From assembly GCA_016283935.1 (NCBI GenBank), contig JAEENX010000013.1:97759-161758 (forward strand): DNA of 64,000 nt, written 5' to 3'. This document shows, in pieces, positions 9,782 to 18,841 of the stretch. The DNA is from Bacilli bacterium. Lineage in GTDB: Bacteria > Bacillota_I > Bacilli_A > RF39 > UBA660. The notes beneath the pieces are model-generated. The model was given only the letters and a program-made list of their open reading frames with translations, searched no databases and was not told where the DNA came from. Each line of letters begins with the position of its first letter. The first letter of the stretch is position 1. The translations under genes were made by a program, and so were the position numbers.

Positions 9782-10879
9782 TTAATTCTCCTTTACCTCA
9801 ACCACACCATCTTTTACAACAAATATTTTTGAATCATTAGTTATTTTCTTACTTAATTTGTTTAATTCTGTTGTAGTTATGAATGTTTGAATATCATTAT
9901 CTATGAATTTTAATATATTATTTATTTTAGTTTTATCTAATTCACTAAATAAATCATCTAATATTAAAATAGGTATAATGTTCTTCTTATCTTTAAATAT
10001 CTCTATCTCAGCCATTTTTAAGGCTATTACAGCGTTTTTTTGTTCTCCTTCGGATCCGAAGTCCTTTAAAGGCTTTTCATCCAATATGAACTCAAAATCG
10101 TCTCTGTGAATACCAATATTAGTAACACCACTTGTAATATCTCTATTTTTATTCTTTTTATATAACTTTTCTATATCTTCTTTAGTTTTGTTTAAAAAAT
10201 CTGACTTATAAACAATTTTTAAATTATCCAAACCTGTAATCTTCTTATAATTATTAGTAATATATTTAGATATTTCTTCAATAAAATCATTTCTATATTC
10301 GTATATTTTTATACCATATTCAATTAATTTAGAAGTTATAATATCCAAATAATCTTGAGAAGCATTACCATTTAAATATAAAGTTTTTAAATAAGAATTT
10401 CTTTGTTTTAGTAATTTATTATATAAAGTTGTTATTTTTAAATATTCATTACTAAATTGAGATAGTTCAATATTTATCAATTTTCTTCTAGTATTTGGAG
10501 TATCTTTAACTAACTTAAGATCATCTAAAGTAAATAAAACAATATTTATATTTGATAAATAATCAACCAATTTAGGTATTTTTTTCTTATTTATCCATAC
10601 TTTTTTATTTTCATCTTTAGAAATAACAATTTTATAATCAATTTTATAATCATCAACTACAGTTCCTTCTACTTTGCAATTATCTTCATCAAATTTAATA
10701 ATTACATCATCTTTAGAACCTCTGAAAGACTTAGTTAAGGCTAATACATATATAGCTTCTACTATATTTGTTTTACCCATACCATTTTTTCCAATGATGA
10801 TATTTTTAGAAGGATTAAAATCCAAAACAAGTTTTTTGTAGTTACGAAAATTATTTATCTTTAAACTCGTAATTTTCAT
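9782..10879 (-). CDS. recF: DNA replication and repair protein RecF
   Basis: Walker [15 protein letters not shown] and the SMC-like signature/Walker B ([12 protein letters not shown]). Conserved position next to gyrB. Confidence 0.9.
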   Translation of the reverse strand: MKITSLKINNFRNYKKLVLDFNPSKNIIIGKNGMGKTNIVEAIYVLALTKSFRGSKDDVIIKFDEDNCKVEGTVVDDYKIDYKIVISKDENKKVWINKKKIPKLVDYLSNINIVLFTLDDLKLVKDTPNTRRKLINIELSQFSNEYLKITTLYNKLLKQRNSYLKTLYLNGNASQDYLDIITSKLIEYGIKIYEYRNDFIEEISKYITNNYKKITGLDNLKIVYKSDFLNKTKEDIEKLYKKNKNRDITSGVTNIGIHRDDFEFILDEKPLKDFGSEGEQKNAVIALKMAEIEIFKDKKNIIPILILDDLFSELDKTKINNILKFIDNDIQTFITTTELNKLSKKITNDSKIFVVKDGVVEVKEN

Positions 10880-10988
10880 TTTTGCCCCCTAATTTTGATT
10901 TTAAGCAATTTTTATATGTTTTAGGTACTCCTATACCACAATATAATTATATCACAAAATAAGTGCCAAAAAAAGAAAAAAAGGCTTT

Positions 10989-11438
10989 TTAGGCCTCTTT
11001 TTTTCTTAATAAAAACTCAAATCTACTAGCTTTTAATATTTGATTCTTTAATGACCAAATTGATTCTTTAAAATCTATTTTATTTCCATTTGTTAATTCT
11101 ATAACAGAACAATTATTTTTATCATTAGAATATATATTATTTATAGATTTTAAATTCAACCATGATACATTATTTACTCTAGGAGAACAAGTAGGGAAGA
11201 ATACTATATTATTCTTACTTTTAACTAAAATAGGAGTTTTATACATATTTCCAGTCATATTTCTATAATAATTAACCCTAATATCATATGAACTACCATC
11301 TATTTCACAATTATACTTAATAATATTATTTGGTTTATTGTTGATAACTATCATTTTATCAACTTCATATACTACTGAATTTTTATTACCCATAGGTAAT
11401 ATAGCCAATGTATTATCAGTAATATTATACTTATTCAT
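10989..11438 (-). CDS. ComK-family protein (putative competence transcription factor)
   Basis: 149 aa with ...AILP..., ...IDGSSYDIR..., KTPILV and IVFFPTCSPR...W. These parallel the ComK hallmarks as I recall them: VLP, FFGSSY, KPPIMV and IFLFPTLSS..W. Assigned from memory of ComK only. Confidence 0.55.
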   Translation of the reverse strand: MNKYNITDNTLAILPMGNKNSVVYEVDKMIVINNKPNNIIKYNCEIDGSSYDIRVNYYRNMTGNMYKTPILVKSKNNIVFFPTCSPRVNNVSWLNLKSINNIYSNDKNNCSVIELTNGNKIDFKESIWSLKNQILKASRFEFLLRKKEA

Positions 11439-11518
11439 AATTTCACCTCCTTGAGAGGTACATTAGCATATGAAAAAGTACAAAAAAGTACATTTTAGTA
11501 AAAAAAAAACATTTTTAA

Positions 11519-12640
11519 TTAAAATGTCTTTATAGGTAATATTAATTGTACTAATGAATCATCTGAAGCTGACATAACTACAATTGGTTTAGAATCTGTA
11601 TTCATATATATAATAATATCTTCATCTTCGAATGATCTTAATACATCAATCATATATTTAGCTGAGAAACTAATACTAATTTCTTCACTATTATTTTTAG
11701 TTATAGAAACTTTATCAGTTCCTGCTCCAATTTGAGTAGCTAAAGAACTTAATACTATTTCTTTTTCGTTAACATCCATCTTAATAATATTTTTATCTTT
11801 AGATTGACCAATTAATGCAACACGATTAATTGAAGCATAGTAATTATTTAAGTTAACATTAACAATATGTTCAAAATCTACTGGAATAAATGATGATGTA
11901 TTAGGATAAGAACCTTCTAATAAATTAGATTGGAATAAAATATTTTCATATTTAAATAATATTTTCTTATCAAATATATGCATTTCTACATTTTTAGATT
12001 CATCAGATATTATTTTTTCTAATTCTCCAATATTAGAAGCAGGTATTACTATATCAACAACTTCATCATATGGTTTATCTAATGTAACAGTCTTTTTAGC
12101 TAATCTATATGAGTCTGTAGCAGTACATTCTAATATATTTCCATTAACTTTAATATTAATACCCATTAATAAAGGTCTAGATTCTTGAACAGATACAGCA
12201 AAGATAGTTTGTTTAATCATTTTCTTTAATGTTTCTGCTTTAATATCTATATGAGTTTTATTATCAGACATATCAATATCTGGATAATCTAAACTATTTA
12301 AACAATTTAAGTTAAATTCACATTCTCCAGATTTAATATTAATTCTTAAACCATCATCAACTTCAAATTTAATAATATCTTCTGGCATATTCTTAATAAT
12401 GTCTAATAAAGACTTATTACTAACAATAATAGATCCTACTGTATCAATACTTTCAATTTTTTCTTTATCAATAAAAGCTTTAATAGTTAAATTACTATCA
12501 CTAGCTGTTAAACTTAATCCTTTGCTATCTAATTCAAATTTAATTCCATTTAATATATTAATAATATTTTTTGGAGATATAGCTTTACTTACATATTGTA
12601 ATTGTTCTAATATTACATTTTTATTTATAGAAAATTTCAT
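11519..12640 (-). CDS. dnaN: DNA polymerase III beta sliding clamp
   Basis: 373 aa, three-domain clamp. N-terminus MKFSINKNVILEQLQYVSKAI. Position immediately downstream of dnaA. Confidence 0.9.
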   Translation of the reverse strand: MKFSINKNVILEQLQYVSKAISPKNIINILNGIKFELDSKGLSLTASDSNLTIKAFIDKEKIESIDTVGSIIVSNKSLLDIIKNMPEDIIKFEVDDGLRINIKSGECEFNLNCLNSLDYPDIDMSDNKTHIDIKAETLKKMIKQTIFAVSVQESRPLLMGINIKVNGNILECTATDSYRLAKKTVTLDKPYDEVVDIVIPASNIGELEKIISDESKNVEMHIFDKKILFKYENILFQSNLLEGSYPNTSSFIPVDFEHIVNVNLNNYYASINRVALIGQSKDKNIIKMDVNEKEIVLSSLATQIGAGTDKVSITKNNSEEISISFSAKYMIDVLRSFEDEDIIIYMNTDSKPIVVMSASDDSLVQLILPIKTF

Positions 12641-12715
12641 ATTTCATTCCTTCTTTCTTTTTATTTAAATATATTATTATTATTTATAGGGTTTATAAAG
12701 TTGAAAACTATTAAA

Positions 12716-12724
12716 TTATCCACA
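12716..12724 (+). promoter_or_regulatory. Consensus DnaA box (TTATCCACA) in the dnaA-dnaN intergenic region
   Basis: Exact 9-mer at 12716-12724 within an AT-rich spacer. Confidence 0.55.
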
Positions 12725-12791
12725 ATTACGTATGTTTTTAATAATTTTTATTAATTATAATTGTTAATAATTAGTAAGTTTTTAACAACTT

Positions 12792-14201
12792 TTAAATCTT
12801 ATCTTTAATTTCTTTAATTTCATTCTTTAATTGTTCTGAAGTTTTTAGGTCTTCAGTAATTTTTTCTCTAGCATGTATAACAGTAGCATGGTCTCTATTA
12901 AAACTTAATCCTATTCTTTCTACTGTTTCATCAGTAGTCATAGTACATAAATATATAGCAACTTGTCTAGCTTTATTAATTTCAGCTTTTCTTTTCTTAG
13001 ATTTTAATGTATCAACAGTAACATTATAGTAGTCTGCAACGGCTTTCTTTATCTTTTCAATACTATTTTCAGTGTAATTATTATTATCTATATCATCTTT
13101 TAAGTACTGTTGAGCAAATGCTAGATCTACCACTTCTGGTTGATACATCATAATCATTACATACAATCTATTAATAATACCTTCTAGATGTCTAACATCT
13201 GATTGGCTATTATTAGCAATATATTCTAATACTTCAGGCTTTATTCTATTGGCAGTTTCATGTCCTGCCATCTTATTATTAAGTATTTTAAGTTTTAGAA
13301 CAAAGTCTGGTGGGGATATTTGAGCTGTCATTCCCCAAGCAAAACGTGTTTTTAATCTATCCTCGAACTTTTGTAAGTCATCAGGACTTGTATCTGAACT
13401 AATAATTATTTGTTTTTGGAAGTTTCTAAATGCTTCAAATGTATTAAAGAACTCTTCCTGAGTCTTATCTGCAGATGCTAAGAATTGAATATCATCAATT
13501 ATTAATACATCTTTATCATAATATTTTCGTTTAAATGCTTCTAATAATGTTGTATTAGTGTTTTTATTTGAAAATATTTCTTGATAATCCTCTTTAAATT
13601 GTTTTGAACTAATATATAAAACTCTTTTATTATATTTTCTTTTAATTTCGTTACCTATAGCATGCATTAAATGTGTTTTACCTAAACCACTTTTACCATA
13701 AAGGAATAATGGATTATATAAAACACCAGGTTTATCAGCTACTGCCTTAGCACAAGTGTAAGCTATACCATTTTGTTCACCAACTACGAAATTCTCAAAA
13801 GTATAATTTGGATTCAAATTATCATTATAATCTGGAAAAACCTCATCTACTACGTTCATAATTGGTTGGTTTTCAACAATATTAGTAGATTCTAAAGGAA
13901 GTTGACTCATATAAGTATTATCTTCTTCCTTCTTCTTTGGTAATTCTAGTTCAGTTTGAGAAATTACTAATTCATATAAGTAATCTTTTTTAGTAACTTC
14001 TTTAATTTTTTCACTTATTAGATCGTCAAAATGATTTAATAAATGATTTTTCATAAATTCATTTTTTACTTGTATTTTAAAAGTATTATTATTATCTATA
14101 TCTACAAGGGTAGTATCTTTAAAGTATATATTATAAATCATTGTTGAAACTGATGACTCAATTCTAGATAGAATTTGAGCCCATAACTCATTGTTGTTCA
14201 T
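12792..14201 (-). CDS. dnaA: Chromosomal replication initiator DnaA
   Basis: AAA+ Walker A GKSGLGKTHL and the C-terminal DnaA-box-binding HTH (ETVERIGLSFNRDHATVIHA). The likely start is the MNNNELWAQIL Met at 14199-14201, not the upstream M of the ORF track. Confidence 0.9.
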   Translation of the reverse strand: MNNNELWAQILSRIESSVSTMIYNIYFKDTTLVDIDNNNTFKIQVKNEFMKNHLLNHFDDLISEKIKEVTKKDYLYELVISQTELELPKKKEEDNTYMSQLPLESTNIVENQPIMNVVDEVFPDYNDNLNPNYTFENFVVGEQNGIAYTCAKAVADKPGVLYNPLFLYGKSGLGKTHLMHAIGNEIKRKYNKRVLYISSKQFKEDYQEIFSNKNTNTTLLEAFKRKYYDKDVLIIDDIQFLASADKTQEEFFNTFEAFRNFQKQIIISSDTSPDDLQKFEDRLKTRFAWGMTAQISPPDFVLKLKILNNKMAGHETANRIKPEVLEYIANNSQSDVRHLEGIINRLYVMIMMYQPEVVDLAFAQQYLKDDIDNNNYTENSIEKIKKAVADYYNVTVDTLKSKKRKAEINKARQVAIYLCTMTTDETVERIGLSFNRDHATVIHAREKITEDLKTSEQLKNEIKEIKDKI

Positions 14202-14231
14202 ACTTCTCACCGCCCTGTTTTTATAAATCAA

Positions 14232-14520
14232 TTTTTATCTTCACTAACAAACTAAGTTTAAAACAAACATGTTAATAAAGTAAATAATAATTTTTCAATA
14301 TTAAGTTTTAAACCAGTTTTCAACATAGTTTTCCACAGTGTCAGGACCTATAATAACGCACTTTTTTATAGTTTTCAACATATTTCAACAAATTGTGTTT
14401 AAACATATTAACTATTTAACATTTTAGTTTTCAACTATTAACGTTGAAAAGTTTATAATGCGAAATTTAACGTTTTTTCCTTATTTTTAGTTGACTTAGT
14501 TTTTTTTATATAATATAATA
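14232..14520. promoter_or_regulatory. oriC-like region with a cluster of degenerate DnaA boxes. It also holds the rpmH promoter (TTGACT-17-TATAAT near 14489-14517).
   Basis: TTTTCCACA at 14329-14337. GTTTTCAAC-type repeats at 14316-14325, 14371-14380, 14381-14390 and 14427-14436, with inverted GTTGAAAAG at 14442-14451. AT-rich spacers. Confidence 0.6.
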
Positions 14521-14555
14521 GCGTTGCTAATGAGATGCGGAGGTAGGTGAAAACT

Positions 14556-14678
14556 ATGAAAAGAACATTTCAACCAAATAATCGTAAAAAAGCTAAGAAA
14601 CATGGATTCTTTGCAAGAAAAAATTCAAAAATACTAAAAACTAGAAGAGCAAAAGGAAGAAAAGTACTTTCTAAATAG
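14556..14678 (+). CDS. rpmH: 50S ribosomal protein L34
   Basis: [40 protein letters not shown] (40 aa). The ORF track missed it, presumably for size. Confidence 0.9.
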   Translation: MKRTFQPNNRKKAKKHGFFARKNSKILKTRRAKGRKVLSK

Positions 14679-14681
14679 ATT

Positions 14682-14706
14682 AAGTCACGGATATGTGACT
14701 TTTTTT
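14682..14706 (+). terminator. Hairpin plus T-run between rpmH and rnpA (partial terminator/attenuator)
   Basis: AGTCACGGATATGTGACT followed by TTTTTTT. Confidence 0.5.
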
Positions 14707-14730
14707 ATATGATAAGAAGGGAGCTGTAAT

Positions 14731-15051
14731 ATGAAAAAATATGAAATAGTTAAAGAACATAAAGATTTTGATGATGTATTACATACTGGATCATGCAAAA
14801 AATGTTTATATGTATATATATATAATAAGGATAACAATTTAAGTATTTCTAGATTCGGTATTGCAGCGGGTAAAAAGATAGGTAATGCTGTTACTAGAAA
14901 CAAAATGAAAAGAAGATACAGAATGATTATTAACAATAATAAAAACCTATTTAAAAAAGGAAAAGATTATATTATAATAGTGAAAGGAAGCGCCGTGAAT
15001 GCTTCATATGAACAATTAAATAAAGATATTGTTAAATCATTAAGTGAATAG
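14731..15051 (+). CDS. rnpA: Ribonuclease P protein component
   Basis: 106 aa, basic, with RNR-like motif (AVTRNKMKRRYR). Conserved rpmH-rnpA-yidC order. Confidence 0.9.
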   Translation: MKKYEIVKEHKDFDDVLHTGSCKKCLYVYIYNKDNNLSISRFGIAAGKKIGNAVTRNKMKRRYRMIINNNKNLFKKGKDYIIIVKGSAVNASYEQLNKDIVKSLSE

Positions 15052-15060
15052 GTGAGTTAC

Positions 15061-15999
15061 ATGAAAAAGAAAATAGTTATAGTAATAGCACTTATTTTGG
15101 TATTAATGACAGGTTGTACTAAAACAATGGTAGGAGAAGACAAAAAGAGAATTGAAAATACAACTACAGGACAAGCTCTTACTTCAAATATTATTTGTAG
15201 ACCAGAAACTGAAAGTTTATATAACCAATATTTAGCTAATGAAAAATATATGGAAATTAAACTTGAAGATTTACCAAAATGTAGTGAAATGAGTATTTAT
15301 GAAAATAAATCATATAATGGTTTATGGGTAGCAATTTTTGTTAGACCACTTGCTTGGTTAATTATTCAATTAGGTAAAGTAATGGGTCCTTATGGATATG
15401 GTATATCTGTAATGTTAGTTGGATTAATGATAAGAATTGTATTATTACCATTTACTATTAAAACTACTAAACAACAAAAGAATATGCAAAAGATTCAACC
15501 TGAAATGCAAAAGATTGAAGCTAAGTATTCTGGTAGAACAGATCAAGAATCAATGATGATGAAATCACAAGAAACTATGGCATTATATCAAAAGTACAAA
15601 GTTAATCCATTAAGTAGTTGTTTAATAACATTTATTCAAATGCCTTTATTCTTTGCTTTCTTGGAAGCAATTAATAGAGTTCCAGCAATATTTGAAAATG
15701 ATTTCCTAGTATATCAATTAGGAACAACTCCATTATATGGAATAACAAATGGAAATTATTGGTATATATTACTAATAGTATTAATATTGTTGTTCACATT
15801 CTTAACATTTAAGAATAGTATGAGTTCAATGAGTGGTAACTCAGAACAACAAAAACAAACAAAGTATATGATGATGTTTATGGTTGTCTTCATTGGTATT
15901 GCATCAGTTCAATTACCATCAGCAATTGCTTTATATTGGATTGTTACAAATGCCTTTGCAGTAGTGCAAACATTTATCATGAAGAAAGTAGGTAAGTAA
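15061..15999 (+). CDS. yidC: Membrane protein insertase YidC/OxaA (lipoprotein type)
   Basis: Lipobox LMTGC and the conserved 60-kDa inner-membrane-protein core (multi-TM). ATG at 15061 with AGGTGAG RBS. Confidence 0.85.
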   Translation: MKKKIVIVIALILVLMTGCTKTMVGEDKKRIENTTTGQALTSNIICRPETESLYNQYLANEKYMEIKLEDLPKCSEMSIYENKSYNGLWVAIFVRPLAWLIIQLGKVMGPYGYGISVMLVGLMIRIVLLPFTIKTTKQQKNMQKIQPEMQKIEAKYSGRTDQESMMMKSQETMALYQKYKVNPLSSCLITFIQMPLFFAFLEAINRVPAIFENDFLVYQLGTTPLYGITNGNYWYILLIVLILLFTFLTFKNSMSSMSGNSEQQKQTKYMMMFMVVFIGIASVQLPSAIALYWIVTNAFAVVQTFIMKKVGK

Positions 16000-16000
16000 C

Positions 16001-16612
16001 ATGGAAGAACGTATTTATGAAGGTAAAGAACAAAAAGAACTATTAGAAAAAGCATTAGAAGAATTAAACTTAACTGAAAATGATGTAATGTATTATTTTT
16101 CTAAAGAAAAAACTGGTCTTTTAAAGAAAGAAGTTATTAAATTACATTTATTTGAAGTAAAAGATGTTGCTGAATTTATTAAAGAATTCTTAACTCAAAC
16201 AACTAAAGATATGGAATTAGATGTTCAATTTGAATCATCTATAAGAGATAAACAAATATCTATTAAAATGTATTCAGATAATAATAGTATTTTAATTGGA
16301 CATGAAGGAAAAACTTTAAAAGCTTTAACTCATGTTATTAAACAAGTTGTTTATAATAAAGTTGGTGAATATCCATACTTATTATTAGATGTTGAAAATT
16401 ATAAAGAAAAACAAGAAAAATATTTAATTAGATTGGCTAAGAATATAGCTAAAGAAGTAGGACATACTAAAGTTGAAGCTGAACTTGAAGATATGAATTC
16501 TTATGAAAGAAGAATTATTCATAATGCTTTAACAGATAATAAATATGTTTATACTGAATCTACTGGTGTTGAACCACATAGACATATTGTTATAAAACCA
16601 AAAGAACAATAA
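16001..16612 (+). CDS. jag: Jag/KhpB-like RNA-binding protein (KH + R3H)
   Basis: 203 aa with C-terminal R3H-like ERRIIHNALTDNKYVYTESTG. Conserved position after yidC. Confidence 0.8.
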   Translation: MEERIYEGKEQKELLEKALEELNLTENDVMYYFSKEKTGLLKKEVIKLHLFEVKDVAEFIKEFLTQTTKDMELDVQFESSIRDKQISIKMYSDNNSILIGHEGKTLKALTHVIKQVVYNKVGEYPYLLLDVENYKEKQEKYLIRLAKNIAKEVGHTKVEAELEDMNSYERRIIHNALTDNKYVYTESTGVEPHRHIVIKPKEQ

Positions 16613-16688
16613 AAATTGTTCTTTTTTTATTTGTATTTTCATATATATATAAAATGTGCTATAATACCTCGAGGAAAGGGGTATTACC

Positions 16689-18044
16689 ATGAATGAAAAT
16701 ATATGTGCAATATCTACAGCTTTAGGCGTAGGTGCTATTTCAATTGTAAGAGCATCTGGTCCTGAAGTTATTGAAATAACAAATAAGATATTTAAGGGTA
16801 AAGATTTAACCAAAGTAGATTCTCATACTATTAACTATGGTCATATAGTAGATCATGATGAAGTAATTGATGAAGTACTTGTTTCAATCATGAAAGCCCC
16901 TAAAACTTTTACTATGGAAGATGTAGTTGAAATTAACTCTCATGGAGGAATATCAACTACTAATAAAATATTAGAATTATTATTAGAAAATGGATGTAGA
17001 TTAGCAGATCCTGGAGAATTTACTAAGAAAGCATTCTTAAATGGAAGAATAGACTTAGTAGAAGCTGAAGGTATAAATGATTTAATTGTATCTCAAACAG
17101 ATTCTCAAAGAAAATTTGCTATGAATAGATTAAATGGTAATTTATCTAGATTAATTAAAGATATGAGAAAAGATATCATGGAATTAGAAGGTAAATTAGA
17201 AGTAGCATTTGATTATCCAGATGAAATAGAAGATGAAGAAGAATTAACATATAATGAATTAAAAGATACTATGTTAGCTATTAAATCTAAATTAACTAAA
17301 TTAGTTAATTCATATAAAAATGCTTCTATTATAAAAGATGGTATAAATGTATCTATAGTTGGTAAACCAAATGTAGGTAAATCATCAATTTTAAATCATT
17401 TATTAGATGAAGATAAAGCAATAGTTACCGATATTGCTGGAACTACTAGAGATATAGTAGAAGGAACTTTAAGTTTAAATGGTATTAAATTAAACTTAAC
17501 AGATACAGCTGGTATACGTGAAACTGAAGATTTAGTTGAATCTATAGGTGTTAAAAAAAGTTTAGATATTATATCTAATTCTGATTTAGTTATATTTGTT
17601 TTAAATAATAATGAACCTATTACAACTGAAGAATTAGATTTAATAAAGAATACAACTGTTAATAAAATAGTATTTATTAACAAAACAGATTTAGAATCTA
17701 AAATAGATTATAATTTATTAAAAGATATAGATACCATAAAAGGTAATACAAAAAATGCAAATGGATTAGATAATTTAAAAGATAGAATTATTGAAATGTT
17801 CAATTTAGAACAAATTAATTCATCTGATTTTAACTATATTTCAAACGCTAGAGAATTAGCATTAGTTAAGAAAGCCGAAAATGTAGTAAGTGAATCAATT
17901 AATAATTTAAATGCAACACTTCCTTTTGAAATTGTTGCAGATGATTTAAGAATTTCATATGTAGCACTTGGTGAAATAATTGGTGAAACATATGAAGAAG
18001 ATATATTAGATGAAATATTCTCAAAATTTTGTGTAGGAAAGTAG
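16689..18044 (+). CDS. mnmE: tRNA modification GTPase MnmE
   Basis: G-domain GKPNVGKSS, DTAG, NKTD and the C-terminal CxGK-type end (FCVGK). Confidence 0.9.
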   Translation: MNENICAISTALGVGAISIVRASGPEVIEITNKIFKGKDLTKVDSHTINYGHIVDHDEVIDEVLVSIMKAPKTFTMEDVVEINSHGGISTTNKILELLLENGCRLADPGEFTKKAFLNGRIDLVEAEGINDLIVSQTDSQRKFAMNRLNGNLSRLIKDMRKDIMELEGKLEVAFDYPDEIEDEEELTYNELKDTMLAIKSKLTKLVNSYKNASIIKDGINVSIVGKPNVGKSSILNHLLDEDKAIVTDIAGTTRDIVEGTLSLNGIKLNLTDTAGIRETEDLVESIGVKKSLDIISNSDLVIFVLNNNEPITTEELDLIKNTTVNKIVFINKTDLESKIDYNLLKDIDTIKGNTKNANGLDNLKDRIIEMFNLEQINSSDFNYISNARELALVKKAENVVSESINNLNATLPFEIVADDLRISYVALGEIIGETYEEDILDEIFSKFCVGK

Positions 18045-18051
18045 GATACAT

Positions 18052-18840
18052 ATGGAATTTAAATTAACATCTAATAAATTCATGAATATAGAGAGTAATG
18101 AAGTTAATAATAAATTAAAAGAATTATATGAACTATGTTTGAATGAATCATTAAAAGGTAATAAAGTTGCATTTTATTATGAAAATCTTAATAATGATAT
18201 ATTTTCATATAATCAAGATATATGTTTTTATGCTGCAAGTTCTATAAAAATACTTGTATGTACAATGATATTAAGATTAGCTGATGAAAATAAGATTGAT
18301 TTAAATAAAGATATATTAGTAACTATGGCTGATTTAAAACAAGATACAGGAGTTATTAAATATCAAAAAGAAGATACTTATTATTCAATAAAGAAATTAA
18401 TAGAATTATGTATTATGGAAAGTGATAATACTGCATATTTAAAATTAGTAGATTTAGTAGATAGAGATTCACTTGAAGAATATGGTAAATCCTTAGGTGC
18501 ATTACATACAATGGAAGGAAAAGACAATTTTGGATTAATAAATTGTTCAGATATGATAATTTATTGGAAAGATGTAATGAACTATTTAAAAAATGGAAAA
18601 TATGCAGATGATTACAAACATTATTTATTATATCCATCTGTTAAATTTATAAATAGAGATAATTTTATAAAAAAATATGGTTCATGGGATATTGCATATC
18701 ATGAGGCTGGATATATGGATGTTGAAAATCCTTATTATTTAATTGTATTAACTCAATTAAATAAAATGGATTATAAAGAAGAATTTATAAATAAAGTTGC
18801 AAATATATTAGATGAAATAAACAATATAATAGGAAAGTAA
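18052..18840 (+). CDS. Class-A beta-lactamase-fold serine hydrolase. It has no signal peptide, so it is probably cytoplasmic.
   Basis: SxxK (AASSIK), SDN (ESDNTAY) and a KTG-like KYG motif in the expected order and spacing. Confidence 0.5.
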   Translation: MEFKLTSNKFMNIESNEVNNKLKELYELCLNESLKGNKVAFYYENLNNDIFSYNQDICFYAASSIKILVCTMILRLADENKIDLNKDILVTMADLKQDTGVIKYQKEDTYYSIKKLIELCIMESDNTAYLKLVDLVDRDSLEEYGKSLGALHTMEGKDNFGLINCSDMIIYWKDVMNYLKNGKYADDYKHYLLYPSVKFINRDNFIKKYGSWDIAYHEAGYMDVENPYYLIVLTQLNKMDYKEEFINKVANILDEINNIIGK

Positions 18841-18841
18841 G

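Noticed and set aside
16645-16690. Similar 27-nt TGCTATAATACC-(N)-CGAG(G)AAAGG block upstream of mnmE (16655) and of the 24500 small gene (24463)
   Set aside because: It is most simply an extended -10 (TGnTATAAT) followed a few nt later by a GAGGAAAGG Shine-Dalgarno, a generic short-leader promoter architecture rather than a specific regulatory RNA. The AATACC/GGTATT inverted repeat at mnmE is only 6 bp.
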